Assembly (NCBI GenBank): GCA_049512935.1
Contig: JBEKWR010000001.1
Location: 64,001-128,000 of the forward strand
DNA: 64,000 nucleotides
Reading direction: 5' to 3'
From: Candidatus Bathyarchaeia archaeon
Lineage (GTDB): Archaea; Thermoproteota; Bathyarchaeia; Bathyarchaeales; Bathycorpusculaceae
Shown here: positions 37,421-47,124 of the stretch, in pieces
How positions within the stretch are numbered: the first letter of the stretch is position 1
Layout of the letters: each line of letters begins with the position of its first letter
Notes under the pieces: model-generated
Told to the model about the DNA's origin: nothing
Seen by the model: the letters and a program-made list of their open reading frames with translations, nothing else
Database searches by the model: none
Made by a program: the position numbers and the translations under genes

Positions 37421-37699
37421 ATGGTTAACGTTAGGGCGCACGTGTTCGTGAGCGGCAGGGTTCAAGGCGTCTTCTTCAGGCAAAAAACCAGGCGGCTGGC
37501 AGAAGGCCGCGGCGTTACAGGATGGGTTCGCAACTTGGATGATGGCAGGGTGGAAGCCGTTTTTGAAGGCGAAGAAGCCGACGTTAACGCGCTTGTGGAT
37601 TTCTGCAGGGGCGGACCGAGGGGCGCGGTCATAACGAACGTTGACGTCACATGGGAAGAGTTTGAGGGCGAATTTCAGAGTTTTGAAGTTACCTATTAG
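37421..37699 (+). CDS. acyP: Acylphosphatase
   Basis: GRVQGVFFR, GWVRN..DGRVE. Confidence 0.95.
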   Translation: MVNVRAHVFVSGRVQGVFFRQKTRRLAEGRGVTGWVRNLDDGRVEAVFEGEEADVNALVDFCRGGPRGAVITNVDVTWEEFEGEFQSFEVTY

Positions 37700-37749
37700 C
37701 CGCCGCTTATCTGCTTAAATCTTAGGCTTCACCTTAATCTTGGCGAGGC

Positions 37750-38292
37750 ATGTTCATGACCGTGCTCGGTTTAGTCGGTAGCCCGCGGAGGGGCAGCAAC
37801 ACTGACCTGCTTGTAAGCGCCGTTCTGGAAGGCGCATCCGCAAGCAATCATCCCGTGGACAAGGTTTACCTCTACGACGTTGACGTGGCGCCATGCGTCG
37901 ACTGCAAAGCGTGCAAAAAAGGCAGCTTCAAATGCGCGGTCAACGACGGAATGCAAGCGCTTTACCCGAAGCTGGAGGAAGCGGACGTGATAGTTTTCGG
38001 AACCCCGCTGTACTGGTATGGACCCTCGGCGAAGATGAAACTGCTCGTAGACAGACTGCGGCCATTTGCAGCATCGGGAAAGCTTAGAGGCAAAAAAGCA
38101 GTGTTAGTGATTCCCTCCGAGGAAGGAGCGGAGGCGTGCGAATTCGCCGTTGGCATGTTTACCCTGTCTTTCAAGTATTTAGGGGTGGATTTGGCGGGCA
38201 CAATGTTGCCGAAAGCCTCGGAACGCGCAGAAATCAAAGAGCAGCCTCAAACGCTTAACGAAGCGTGGAAACTTGGAAAAAACCTGAAGTAG
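37750..38292 (+). CDS. Iron-sulfur flavoprotein / NADPH-FMN reductase family
   Basis: GSPRRGSNT, CVDCKAC...C, GTPLYW. Confidence 0.88.
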   Translation: MFMTVLGLVGSPRRGSNTDLLVSAVLEGASASNHPVDKVYLYDVDVAPCVDCKACKKGSFKCAVNDGMQALYPKLEEADVIVFGTPLYWYGPSAKMKLLVDRLRPFAASGKLRGKKAVLVIPSEEGAEACEFAVGMFTLSFKYLGVDLAGTMLPKASERAEIKEQPQTLNEAWKLGKNLK

Positions 38293-38304
38293 ATGACGCC
38301 GAGT

Positions 38305-38724
38305 TTACGCTTTTTTCTTGGGCACCCTGAAATGCGAGTCTTTCCCGGCGCTGATGTATTCCCCGCCCATGCCTCTGACTGCCGAGGCGATTTTCGCGAA
38401 TTTTTCGGAGCCCAAGTACCCTTGCAGCTTGATTATTATGTAGTCGCCTTTTTCTTCGAAGCCAAGCAGGTTTTCGAGTTCTTCAGGAAAAGACATGCGA
38501 ATGTCGTCAACACCCCGAAGTTTCGGCGCGGTCTGTGCCGCTGGCGCTGGAGCAGGCGTTTGAACGGGTTGGGCGGGCGGCGGCGTCTGGGCAACTTGCC
38601 CCGTTGATAGCGCCTTAAGCGAGGCGGAGACGGATCGCAGCTGTTCTGAAACTTTGCTCAGTGTTACGGCAAGCTCCTCTACTTTGCCGACTATCTCATT
38701 TAGCTTTTCCTTGTCAGTGCTCAT
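38305..38724 (-). CDS. Hypothetical protein (coiled coil, Pro/Ala linker, small C-terminal domain)
   Basis: YLGSEKFAKI...GGEYISAGKDSHFRVP. Confidence 0.65.
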   Translation of the reverse strand: MSTDKEKLNEIVGKVEELAVTLSKVSEQLRSVSASLKALSTGQVAQTPPPAQPVQTPAPAPAAQTAPKLRGVDDIRMSFPEELENLLGFEEKGDYIIIKLQGYLGSEKFAKIASAVRGMGGEYISAGKDSHFRVPKKKA

Positions 38725-38818
38725 CCCTAACGCTTCCTCTTAAACTTCTAAATAACCCAAGACGCTTATTAATTATTTGCAACTTCAAATCGAGCTTGAC
38801 CTCTGGAAGAATAACGGC

Positions 38819-39856
38819 ATGATTGAAATTGACGGGAGCCAAAAAAGCGGCAGCGGAACCATACTTCGCCTCTCAGTAGCCCTGGCAGCCATCATAAACC
38901 AGCCGCTACACATCTACAACATCAGGCAAAACCGCCCGCAGCCAGGCTTGAAGCATCAGCATTTGGAGGCGGTTCTGACGGCGGCGAAGCTTTCCAACGC
39001 AAACGTGCAAGGCGCAACCTTAGGTTCAAGGGAGATCTGGTTCACGCCTCAGCACGTAGGAGGCGGCGAGGTTGAGGCGGAAATCGAGACCGCTGGAAGC
39101 ATCCCGATGCTGCTGTTAGCGGTTCTGCCAGTCTGCCTGTTCGCCGACAAACCCGTCCGCCTGCACGTTGCCAAGGGGGGAACGGACACCACTCACGCGC
39201 CAACCATCAACTACCTGCGAAACGTGTTTTTGCCCACGCTGGCTCGGATGGGCGTTGAAGCCGAACTAAACGTGCAGAAATACGGGTACTACCCGAAGGG
39301 CATGGGCGAGGCAACGATGACGGTTAAGCCGAACCCCGCGTTAAAACCAGTTACGCTGGAGAATTTCGGCACGCTGAAGCGGGTCAGCGGCGTTTCCGTG
39401 TGCACTTTCCTAGCTGACAGGCACGTCGCCGAAAGGCAGGCGAAAGCGGCAAAGGGCGTCCTGTCGCAAAACAGGTACAGCGCTGACGTTCAGGTGGTAA
39501 ACGACGAGTCAAACCCTTTCCAGAAGGGAAGCTCGATGGTTCTGTGGGCGGAAACCGACACGGGCTTAAGGATAGGCGCCGACGCCATCGGGCAACTGCG
39601 GAAAACGGCGGAGGAAGTCGGCAGGGAAGCCGCGGAAAAACTCGTTGCCGAGCTGTCTGCGCAGCCGACGGTTGACGTTTTCTTGGCGGACATGCTTATC
39701 CCCTACGTGGCGCTTGCAAGGGGCAAATCATCATTCTACGCCAGAGCCGTCACAGAGCACATCGAGTCGAACGTGTGGCTGATGGAGAAAATGTTAAACG
39801 TAAAATTCACCGTTCAGAAAGTAAACAGCCTCTACAGGATAGAGAAAAGCAGCTGA
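38819..39856 (+). CDS. rtcA: RNA 3'-terminal phosphate cyclase
   Basis: MIEIDGS, RPQPGL..QH, GYYPKG.G, D.FLADML. Confidence 0.93.
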   Translation: MIEIDGSQKSGSGTILRLSVALAAIINQPLHIYNIRQNRPQPGLKHQHLEAVLTAAKLSNANVQGATLGSREIWFTPQHVGGGEVEAEIETAGSIPMLLLAVLPVCLFADKPVRLHVAKGGTDTTHAPTINYLRNVFLPTLARMGVEAELNVQKYGYYPKGMGEATMTVKPNPALKPVTLENFGTLKRVSGVSVCTFLADRHVAERQAKAAKGVLSQNRYSADVQVVNDESNPFQKGSSMVLWAETDTGLRIGADAIGQLRKTAEEVGREAAEKLVAELSAQPTVDVFLADMLIPYVALARGKSSFYARAVTEHIESNVWLMEKMLNVKFTVQKVNSLYRIEKSS

Positions 39857-39860
39857 TCCC

Positions 39861-40931
39861 ATGGTCAAAACAGCCGTGTGCCTAAAAGTTCCGAAGAAAA
39901 AAGGCGAAACAGCAATAGTGTTAGCCAGCAAACTCGGGCTTTTGGACAAGTCGCTCAAGATTCAACGGGACAGCGATAGCCTCTGCATCCCCATGGTCAG
40001 GCAGCCATTTGAAGACGAGTTGGCGGCGCTCAACAGCCAAGTGTCCGATTACCAGTTGGAAACCAGAGCCTTCGCCGAGAAGCCGTCTGCTGCTGGAACA
40101 GTCCTGCAAACGCTCGAAGACAAGCTGCCGCCTCATCTGCTGGCAATCCTGCCTCAAGCCTTAGACATAGTAGGCGACATAGCAATCGTTGAAGTCCCGC
40201 CCGAGCTTAAACCCCACGAAAAACTGTTGGGCGAAGCAATCCTTCAAACACACAAAAACGTCAGAACCGTACTTGCCAAGGCGGGTGCGGTAGGCGGAAC
40301 CTTTCGGCTGCGTGAGTTCGCCTTTATCGCTGGGGAACGCAGGACGCAGACGGTTCACTGCGAGTTCAGCTGCCAGTTCCATGTTGACGTGGCTAAGGCG
40401 TATTTTTCTCCTCGGCTTTCACACGAGCACATGCGCGTCGCCATGCAGGTGCAACCGGGCGAAACCGTCGTGGACCTCTTCGCGGGCGTCGGACCCTTCT
40501 CGGTGCTCATCGGCAAGAAACAAGCAGACGTCCGAGTCTACGCCGTTGACATTAACCCAGAAGCCGTTGAGCTGCTCAAGGTTAACGTGAGGGTTAACAG
40601 GGTTGAAAACCGAGTCTTCCCCGCTCAGGCGGACGCGAGGCAGATTGCTACAGCCCAGCTTAAAGGCTCAGCTGACAGGGTCATAATGAACCTACCTGAA
40701 ACCGCCATCGACTTCGTTGACGCCGCTTGCTTGGCAGTTAAGCCGCAGGGTGGGATAATTCATTTTTACGCTTTTGCCCGTTCGCCCGACTCGATGGAAA
40801 AGCAGAAACTGCGTTTCGCAGAAGCCGTGAAAGACGCGGGCAGGAGGGTGGAGTCATTTCTTTGCGCCAGAAGCGTTCGTGAAACCGCGCCTTACGAGTC
40901 CCAGATTGTTTTAGACGCTAAAATCACTTAG
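39861..40931 (+). CDS. Trm5/Taw2-family tRNA methyltransferase
   Basis: YFSPRL..E, DLFAGVGPF, MNLP. Confidence 0.88.
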   Translation: MVKTAVCLKVPKKKGETAIVLASKLGLLDKSLKIQRDSDSLCIPMVRQPFEDELAALNSQVSDYQLETRAFAEKPSAAGTVLQTLEDKLPPHLLAILPQALDIVGDIAIVEVPPELKPHEKLLGEAILQTHKNVRTVLAKAGAVGGTFRLREFAFIAGERRTQTVHCEFSCQFHVDVAKAYFSPRLSHEHMRVAMQVQPGETVVDLFAGVGPFSVLIGKKQADVRVYAVDINPEAVELLKVNVRVNRVENRVFPAQADARQIATAQLKGSADRVIMNLPETAIDFVDAACLAVKPQGGIIHFYAFARSPDSMEKQKLRFAEAVKDAGRRVESFLCARSVRETAPYESQIVLDAKIT

Positions 40932-41359
40932 ACAACGATGAGGGTGACTTTGATCTTCTTCTCGGGGTTCTTGAGTTTTTCAACAAGTTCCCGAGGCAGC
41001 TCGCTGGAAGATTTGTCGGCGTGGATTGCCAGGGTTCGGTCAGAGACGTAATCGCTTTTTCTAATCACCATGTCTGTCTGGCTGGTTAGAGTCAGTTTCG
41101 GGGAGCCCAACGCTTTGACGGTTTGCCTTAAGCCGCCGGCTTCAATTATGATTGTTAGCTTGGCGTTTGGTTTTTTCAGTTTTTCCTTGAATTCAGTGCT
41201 TAAGCCTGCGACGGCTTTGTCTGCTGCGACCCCGATGATGCAGTCACCCGTTTCTGAAAGATGCTTTTCTCTGGTGAACATAAGCGTGGATGGGTGAACG
41301 GCTTGAATGTTAGGGTGCCCAAAAGCCAGAAAAGTTTCTTTTGCCTGTGCGGGGCTCAA
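40928..41359 (-). CDS. DUF371 protein
   Basis: GHPNI.A.H, GDCIIGV.A, MVIRKS. Confidence 0.85.
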   Translation of the reverse strand: MSPAQAKETFLAFGHPNIQAVHPSTLMFTREKHLSETGDCIIGVAADKAVAGLSTEFKEKLKKPNAKLTIIIEAGGLRQTVKALGSPKLTLTSQTDMVIRKSDYVSDRTLAIHADKSSSELPRELVEKLKNPEKKIKVTLIVV

Positions 41360-42322
41360 CTACTCGCTGACCTCGATGGAGTCGACTTTGCCGTCCCCGT
41401 CCATGTCGAAACCCTGAATCACAACCGCAAAAGTGTCCTGCCCCTTGTACTTCTGCAGGGTTTTCTTCCAGAAATTAGCCAACGCCAAAACGCACGCTTT
41501 CGTTCCGACAGCCTTGTTGCCTGCCAAAACGACTATGCGTTTGGTGTTGTCCCACGGGTTAACGATCTTGGCTATTAGCCCAGAAACATCCGACGTGTAA
41601 ACCTGCAGGGTTTTTTCTGAGGATAAACCGCCTAGCAGGAATCCTTGGTCGGATGATTGCATTATGAATTTGATGGGTAAGTACTCGTTTATTTCCTGCG
41701 TGAGAAGGTTGGTTCCGGGTCCGCCAACAAGGATCAGGTTGTTTTTCTCCTCCTTCTCCGCTTTAACGTCAACGTCAAGTTTAACGGCGAATTCGGTTGG
41801 CATCTTGGCAAATTGCCCCAAGAAAAGCGCCAGGTGCGCGGCGTAGTGTCCGTCTCTTGCGCTGGTTTTGAAGGGGCCGTGCGGTTGGGGGCTGCCCACG
41901 ACTATTTTGCCGTCGAAGACGCCGTTGCTGATGAATTCTTTAAAGAAGTCTTGAAGCTGCTTGTCAACGCTTAAGGTGCAAACGTTCTGGATCGGCTTGT
42001 ACCCTTGTGGGAACTCGATCCCGAAGGCTGTCGAAACGGTTTTGTAGTATTTTGCCGTTGCGCCTTTCTTCTTTTCTTCTCTTACAACGGTTATTGCTCC
42101 AGCTTTGGCGAGTTTTCTTATGTGGTAGTAGACTTTCTGCTCATGCATGCCTAGCTGCTTCGCGATTTCTAAGGGGTACATTTCCTTTTTTGACAGCATT
42201 GCCAAGATTTTCCAGCTTAGGCTTCCGAGCACCATTTTGAGTTTTTGTGAATCGTTTATCATGCTGATTTCTTTTACTTCTTGCGTGTTGCCGTTGTCTT
42301 GGAGAAGAAGTTTTTTGTCCAT
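41360..42322 (-). CDS. ArsR-like wHTH regulator with S-layer-C-like ligand domain
   Basis: MYPLEIAKQL..HEQKVYYH; NLILVGGPGTN, NPW, LAG...GTKA. Confidence 0.75.
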   Translation of the reverse strand: MDKKLLLQDNGNTQEVKEISMINDSQKLKMVLGSLSWKILAMLSKKEMYPLEIAKQLGMHEQKVYYHIRKLAKAGAITVVREEKKKGATAKYYKTVSTAFGIEFPQGYKPIQNVCTLSVDKQLQDFFKEFISNGVFDGKIVVGSPQPHGPFKTSARDGHYAAHLALFLGQFAKMPTEFAVKLDVDVKAEKEEKNNLILVGGPGTNLLTQEINEYLPIKFIMQSSDQGFLLGGLSSEKTLQVYTSDVSGLIAKIVNPWDNTKRIVVLAGNKAVGTKACVLALANFWKKTLQKYKGQDTFAVVIQGFDMDGDGKVDSIEVSE

Positions 42323-42439
42323 ATGCTATCCTAAGGTGAGTAAGGCAGGTGTACTATAAAAAATTTATTTATAATGGTGCGAAGAATTTGGGCTTCTCCT
42401 AAGCTTGCGGTCGCCCGATTGCACGGTAAACCTGGTAAA

Positions 42440-42465
42440 ACTGCTAAAAGATTTCTTTTAGCAGT
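42440..42465. promoter_or_regulatory. Perfect 11-bp-arm palindrome in the regulator/glmS divergent promoter
   Basis: ACTGCTAAAAG-ATTT-CTTTTAGCAGT. Confidence 0.65.
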
Positions 42466-42550
42466 CAAACTGAAGTCTTAACAATGCTTATTAACGAAAT
42501 TTCTCCTCCATAAAGTCAATGCTATTATTGGTGATAGTGAGGATTCGGAA

Positions 42551-44380
42551 ATGTGTGGAATATTCGGTTGCGTTTTGAAAGAGGGTAACGCCGCTCCCCT
42601 GATACACTCGTCGCTTAAACGACTTGAATATAGAGGCTACGACTCAGTGGGAATAGCGACAATCTCCGACGGCAAGATTTACCTAAAGAAGGATCAGGGA
42701 AAAATCGATGACGTTCACAAAATGTTGAACCTTGACGATTTACCTGGCAGCATAGGGATTGGCCACACGCGGTGGGCAACTCATGGCGCGCCGTTGAAGG
42801 TTAACGCTCACCCTCACGCCGACTGCACAGGCGAAATAATGGTTGTGCACAACGGCATCATTGAAAACTTTACTGATCTCAGGGCGGAACTGCAAAACCT
42901 CGACCACACGTTTGTCTCCAAAACAGACACGGAGGTAATCCCGCACCTGATCGAGCAAACCCTCAAACAGAACCCTAAATTATCCCTTATTGAGGCAGTT
43001 CAAGAAAGCATCAAGCGGCTTGAAGGCTCCTATGCCCTTGCCGTGATCTCCACAAAAGAGCCAGACAAAATCATCTGTGCCAGAAACGAGAGCCCTCTGG
43101 TTATAGGTGTAAACGGTAAAGGTGTTTTCTGTGCTTCTGACATTCCCGCGTTTCTCCCAGTCACCAACAAGGCGGTCATGGTGAATAACGGTGAACTCGT
43201 CATTCTGTCGCCTCAAGGCTACGAAATCAGGAAAATCCAGGACGGCAGCCCCGTTATTCGGGAACCTGAGACTATTGAGTGGACGGCTGAAATGGCTGTT
43301 AAACAAGGGTACCCACATTTTATGATTAAGGAGATTCATGAGCAACCCGAAACCCTGCGCAACACTCTAAGAATGCAGGAGCATTATCTGGATTTGCTTA
43401 CGACCTTCCTTGACCGCGCCAACGAAGTTTTCTTAGTCGCGTGCGGAACAAGCTACCACGCCTGCTTAGCCGCGTCATACATGTTTAGCAAACTTGCATT
43501 CTTGCCCACCCACCCAGTTTATGCTTCAGAATTCATAGAGCAGCACGGCAAGTCGGTCAGTATCGACAGCACAATCTTAGCCGTCAGTCAATCAGGCGAA
43601 ACGGCAGACACGTTGGCGGCTGTTACCTGTGCTCAACAGCGTGCAGCAACGATTCTGGGTTTAACCAACGTTATCGGCTCAACCCTAACACGTATCTCAC
43701 GGGTTTACATTGGCACGCAGGCTGGTCCAGAGATCGGCGTTGCCGCAACCAAGACGTTCACTTCGCAGCTTTCGGTTTTAGCGCAACTGGCTCTCAGGTT
43801 GTCTAAGAAACGTGGGAAGATTTCGCAGGACGAAATGGATTGCTTAGAAAAGCAGCTTTCCGACTTGCCCAACACTGTTGACACTATAGTTAAGACGCAG
43901 GAAGAAAAAGTGAAGCAAATCGCCCAGAAGTACAAGGACAGCAAAGTCTTCTTCTTTTTGGGCAGAGGAATCAGCACCGCCACCGCCTACGAAGGCAGAC
44001 TGAAGCTGATGGAGATCGCGTACATCCCGTCAATAGCGTTTCCCGCGGGCGAAAGCAAGCATGGCCCAATCAGCCTTGTCGAGAACGGTTTTCCAGTGGT
44101 TTTTGTCTGCCCCAAGGATGACTGCCACAAGACGTTGATCGGTAACATCATGGAGATGAAAGCCAGAGGCGCTCACATAATCGCCGTCATCGAGGAGGGA
44201 GACGAGGAAATCAAGGCGTTGGCTGACGATTACATTGAGGTTCCCAAGGGCATTCCTGGTGTTCTGTCGCCTATTCCTTTTGTTGTGCCCCTGCAGCTCT
44301 TAGCGTATTACGTTGCTCTTGAGAAAGGATTCAACCCCGACATGCCAAGAAACCTGGCGAAGTGTGTTACTGTAAAGTAA
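42551..44380 (+). CDS. glmS: Glutamine-fructose-6-phosphate transaminase
   Basis: MCGIFG, HTRWATHG, SQSGETADT, PRNLAKCVTV. Confidence 0.97.
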   Translation: MCGIFGCVLKEGNAAPLIHSSLKRLEYRGYDSVGIATISDGKIYLKKDQGKIDDVHKMLNLDDLPGSIGIGHTRWATHGAPLKVNAHPHADCTGEIMVVHNGIIENFTDLRAELQNLDHTFVSKTDTEVIPHLIEQTLKQNPKLSLIEAVQESIKRLEGSYALAVISTKEPDKIICARNESPLVIGVNGKGVFCASDIPAFLPVTNKAVMVNNGELVILSPQGYEIRKIQDGSPVIREPETIEWTAEMAVKQGYPHFMIKEIHEQPETLRNTLRMQEHYLDLLTTFLDRANEVFLVACGTSYHACLAASYMFSKLAFLPTHPVYASEFIEQHGKSVSIDSTILAVSQSGETADTLAAVTCAQQRAATILGLTNVIGSTLTRISRVYIGTQAGPEIGVAATKTFTSQLSVLAQLALRLSKKRGKISQDEMDCLEKQLSDLPNTVDTIVKTQEEKVKQIAQKYKDSKVFFFLGRGISTATAYEGRLKLMEIAYIPSIAFPAGESKHGPISLVENGFPVVFVCPKDDCHKTLIGNIMEMKARGAHIIAVIEEGDEEIKALADDYIEVPKGIPGVLSPIPFVVPLQLLAYYVALEKGFNPDMPRNLAKCVTVK

Positions 44381-44397
44381 CCGAGGCGCATGTCCGC

Positions 44398-44868
44398 TCA
44401 TAATTTTTGGATGAAGTTGTAACTAACCGGTTCGAATCCCAAGGCTGCCCATGCCGCAATAGCCGCGGCGTTTTTGACAACAACGTTCAGGTCGACGTAT
44501 TCAACTTCACGGTTTTTCATCCATTTCAAAGCTGCCTTAATCATTGCCGCGGCGATTCCCCGACGGCGATATTCTGGGATTACATATACTGGTCCGATGT
44601 GACCAAGCCTTCGAATTTCCCAATTCGGATTACCTCGATCCATGATGGAACAACTCAAAAACCCAACTATGTCGTCGTCTTGCGCGACGAGCACAAGCCC
44701 GTCTCCTGACATTGACTTTTCGATTTTGTCTTTCACGTAGGCGAGCGCCACGGACGCGTTTTCTTTCACGTGGTATATCGGATGATAAGAAACATGATGA
44801 AAATTCAAGTCCCAGGTAAGTTCAGCTATTCGCGTTGAATCCTCAGGAGTTGCCATTCTCACGTGCAA
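44398..44868 (-). CDS. GNAT acetyltransferase
   Basis: VYVIPEYRRRGIA, N..A...W..LGF. Confidence 0.85.
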   Translation of the reverse strand: MHVRMATPEDSTRIAELTWDLNFHHVSYHPIYHVKENASVALAYVKDKIEKSMSGDGLVLVAQDDDIVGFLSCSIMDRGNPNWEIRRLGHIGPVYVIPEYRRRGIAAAMIKAALKWMKNREVEYVDLNVVVKNAAAIAAWAALGFEPVSYNFIQKL

Positions 44869-45074
44869 TTAATTCACCAAAAATATGTGTTTCATTCCTT
44901 AGTATAAAAGCTGGTGCGTTTCCCTTGTGTTTAGAAAATTGCCAAGTAAACCCTTTTTTAGTTAAAGTCTTGCGATAAGACAACTTGACGGAAGGGTTGT
45001 GGTCTTTTCGGCGGTAAACGGCTAAACGCTTTATCGTTGCAAATTTAAATACCGAATCTTTGCAAGGTTAACTT

Positions 45075-45410
45075 ATGAGCAAAAAAGATTCGTCTAAACT
45101 CGCCGCCAAAGCCTTGAGCCTTTCAGGGCTGATTGATTACCAGGAAGGCTCAGTGGTCAGCCGCACCTTAATCGATAAGAATGCTGGGACAGTTACCGTT
45201 TTCGCTTTTGACGAAAACCAGGGTTTAAGCGAGCACACGGCACCGTACGACGCGCTGATTTATGTCATTGAGGGCGAAGTGGACCTCACCATATCAGGCA
45301 AGCCGCTTAAACTGACGCAGGGAGAAGTGACCCTTCTACCCGCCAACGAGCCCCACGCACTAACCGCAAAAACAAAACTCAAAATGCTCCTGACAATGAT
45401 AAAATCCTAG
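45075..45410 (+). CDS. Cupin domain protein
   Basis: LSEHTAP, EG, P.NEPHAL. Confidence 0.88.
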   Translation: MSKKDSSKLAAKALSLSGLIDYQEGSVVSRTLIDKNAGTVTVFAFDENQGLSEHTAPYDALIYVIEGEVDLTISGKPLKLTQGEVTLLPANEPHALTAKTKLKMLLTMIKS

Positions 45411-46024
45411 CAAAAGCTGATGCCCCACTTATCCCTAAAACAATACTCCCCGAGACTTTTCCTATTCGGCACAGGCGGTTTCTCAGCCGGGTAGCCCAAC
45501 GCAATGAGCGCTTCAGGCTCAACCTCGTCTGGAACCCCGAGGACTTCGCGGACGGTTTCTTTGCAGAAAGCTGGCGCGCAGAACCAGCATGCACCCAAAC
45601 CCGAAGCATGCGCCGCCAACAGCAAGTTCTCAACGGCAGCCGCCAAACTCTGCATCGCCAAATCCCGCTCCAGCCTTTGCCTTTCAACGTCGGGAAAAGT
45701 CGCCATGCCATCCATGCTTAAACACGCAAGAACCAGCGTGGGCGCGGTTGCGAGTCTTTCAACCCGAAGCTTAAATTTTTCTGGCTCAATGGAGACGCCG
45801 TCTTTAGCCATGTCAGCAGCCCAAGACCCCTCCATAGCCTCAGCCAGCTTCCTCTTAACCTGCGGGTCCGCTAAAACGATGAATCGCCACGGTTGAGCGT
45901 TATGCGCTGAAGGCGCCCATCCAGCAGCCGACAAAACCTGCTTGATTAATTCTTCTGGAACGGAAAGGTTTTGATATTTCCTGACGCTCCGCCTCTCCCC
46001 AAACATATCTATCAAGTTTGACAT
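45407..46024 (-). CDS. Nitroreductase family
   Basis: RRSVRKY, APSAHNAQPW, GLGACW, LGYP. Confidence 0.88.
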   Translation of the reverse strand: MSNLIDMFGERRSVRKYQNLSVPEELIKQVLSAAGWAPSAHNAQPWRFIVLADPQVKRKLAEAMEGSWAADMAKDGVSIEPEKFKLRVERLATAPTLVLACLSMDGMATFPDVERQRLERDLAMQSLAAAVENLLLAAHASGLGACWFCAPAFCKETVREVLGVPDEVEPEALIALGYPAEKPPVPNRKSLGEYCFRDKWGISFC

Positions 46025-46065
46025 GCGTATTGGTATGTCGGTTTTTCTTTTTATCTTTTAATGCC

Positions 46066-47115
46066 TTAATCTCGGTTAGGTTCCAGAATAACCTTGAGCG
46101 ATTGCCCCGCTTCAGCCATCAGCCTGAACCCTTCCTGAGCCTCGCTTAAAGGGAGCCTATGTGTAATCATGTTTTTGACGTTGAGCCGTTTTGTCGCTAG
46201 AACCCGCAACGAATCGTCCAAGTCGTTTGGCGCCGCGCCGTAAGTTGTGAGAAAGGTCACTTCGTTTCTCCAGAACTGGCTGATCGGCACAGGCAACTTC
46301 ACGCTCGGGTCTGGAACGGCAAAAAACAATATTGTTCCCCCGTTGTCCACGCAGTCCATTGCTGAAAGCGACGCGGATGTGGCTCCTGTGCAAACGATAA
46401 CTTGGTCGGCTAGTCTTCCCTCGTTGACTTCCTTGAGCTTCGCTGGCAGGTTGTCCCTTGCGTCAAGCGCGTGGTTTGCGCCGAATTTCTTGGCAAGCTC
46501 CAGCCTGTACGGGTTAATGTCAGCAACCACGATGTTTTGCAAGCCCTTGAACTTGGCAAGCTGCACATGCAGGATTCCTGCTATGCCGCTGCCGATAATC
46601 AGGACCGTGTCCTCTTTTTGCAGGTTAGCCAAACGTTGACCCCGTGAAACGCACGCCAAAGGCTCGATAAAGGTGCCCTCCTCGAAAGACATGTCGTCGG
46701 GCAGCCTGTAGACGCCGAAGTCAACGTTGATTTTGGGCACCCGTATGTACTGTGAGAAGCCGCCCGGATAATAGTTCGTTGAGTGAAGGGTGTGACAGGC
46801 AGTGTGGTAGCCCCGTTTGCAGTAACGGCACTGGTTGCAGGGAACATGATGGGAAACGAAAACGCGGTCGCCGACCTTGACGCTTTTGACTTTGCCGCCG
46901 ACCTTGTCGATGACGCCTGTAGCCTCATGACCTAAAACCAACGGTGCCCTCGGGACACGGTACCATTCGATGACGTCGCTGCCGCAGATGCCGCTCGCCA
47001 TAACTTTAAGCAACGCCTCATCCTCGCCGACCTGCGGGATCGGCACCTCTTGGATGCGGACGTCATGGTTGTTGTAGTAGACGGCGGTCAGCATGGTCTT
47101 CACCGAAAAAGGCAA
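46066..47115 (-). CDS. Zn-dependent (MDR) sugar-alcohol/threonine dehydrogenase-like
   Basis: GICGSD, GHE, CNQCRYC...C, G.GIAG. Confidence 0.9.
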   Translation of the reverse strand: MPFSVKTMLTAVYYNNHDVRIQEVPIPQVGEDEALLKVMASGICGSDVIEWYRVPRAPLVLGHEATGVIDKVGGKVKSVKVGDRVFVSHHVPCNQCRYCKRGYHTACHTLHSTNYYPGGFSQYIRVPKINVDFGVYRLPDDMSFEEGTFIEPLACVSRGQRLANLQKEDTVLIIGSGIAGILHVQLAKFKGLQNIVVADINPYRLELAKKFGANHALDARDNLPAKLKEVNEGRLADQVIVCTGATSASLSAMDCVDNGGTILFFAVPDPSVKLPVPISQFWRNEVTFLTTYGAAPNDLDDSLRVLATKRLNVKNMITHRLPLSEAQEGFRLMAEAGQSLKVILEPNRD

Positions 47116-47124
47116 GGTTGCTGG

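Noticed and set aside
42323-42550. glmS ribozyme
   Set aside because: No recognisable ribozyme core; short AT-rich divergent promoter.
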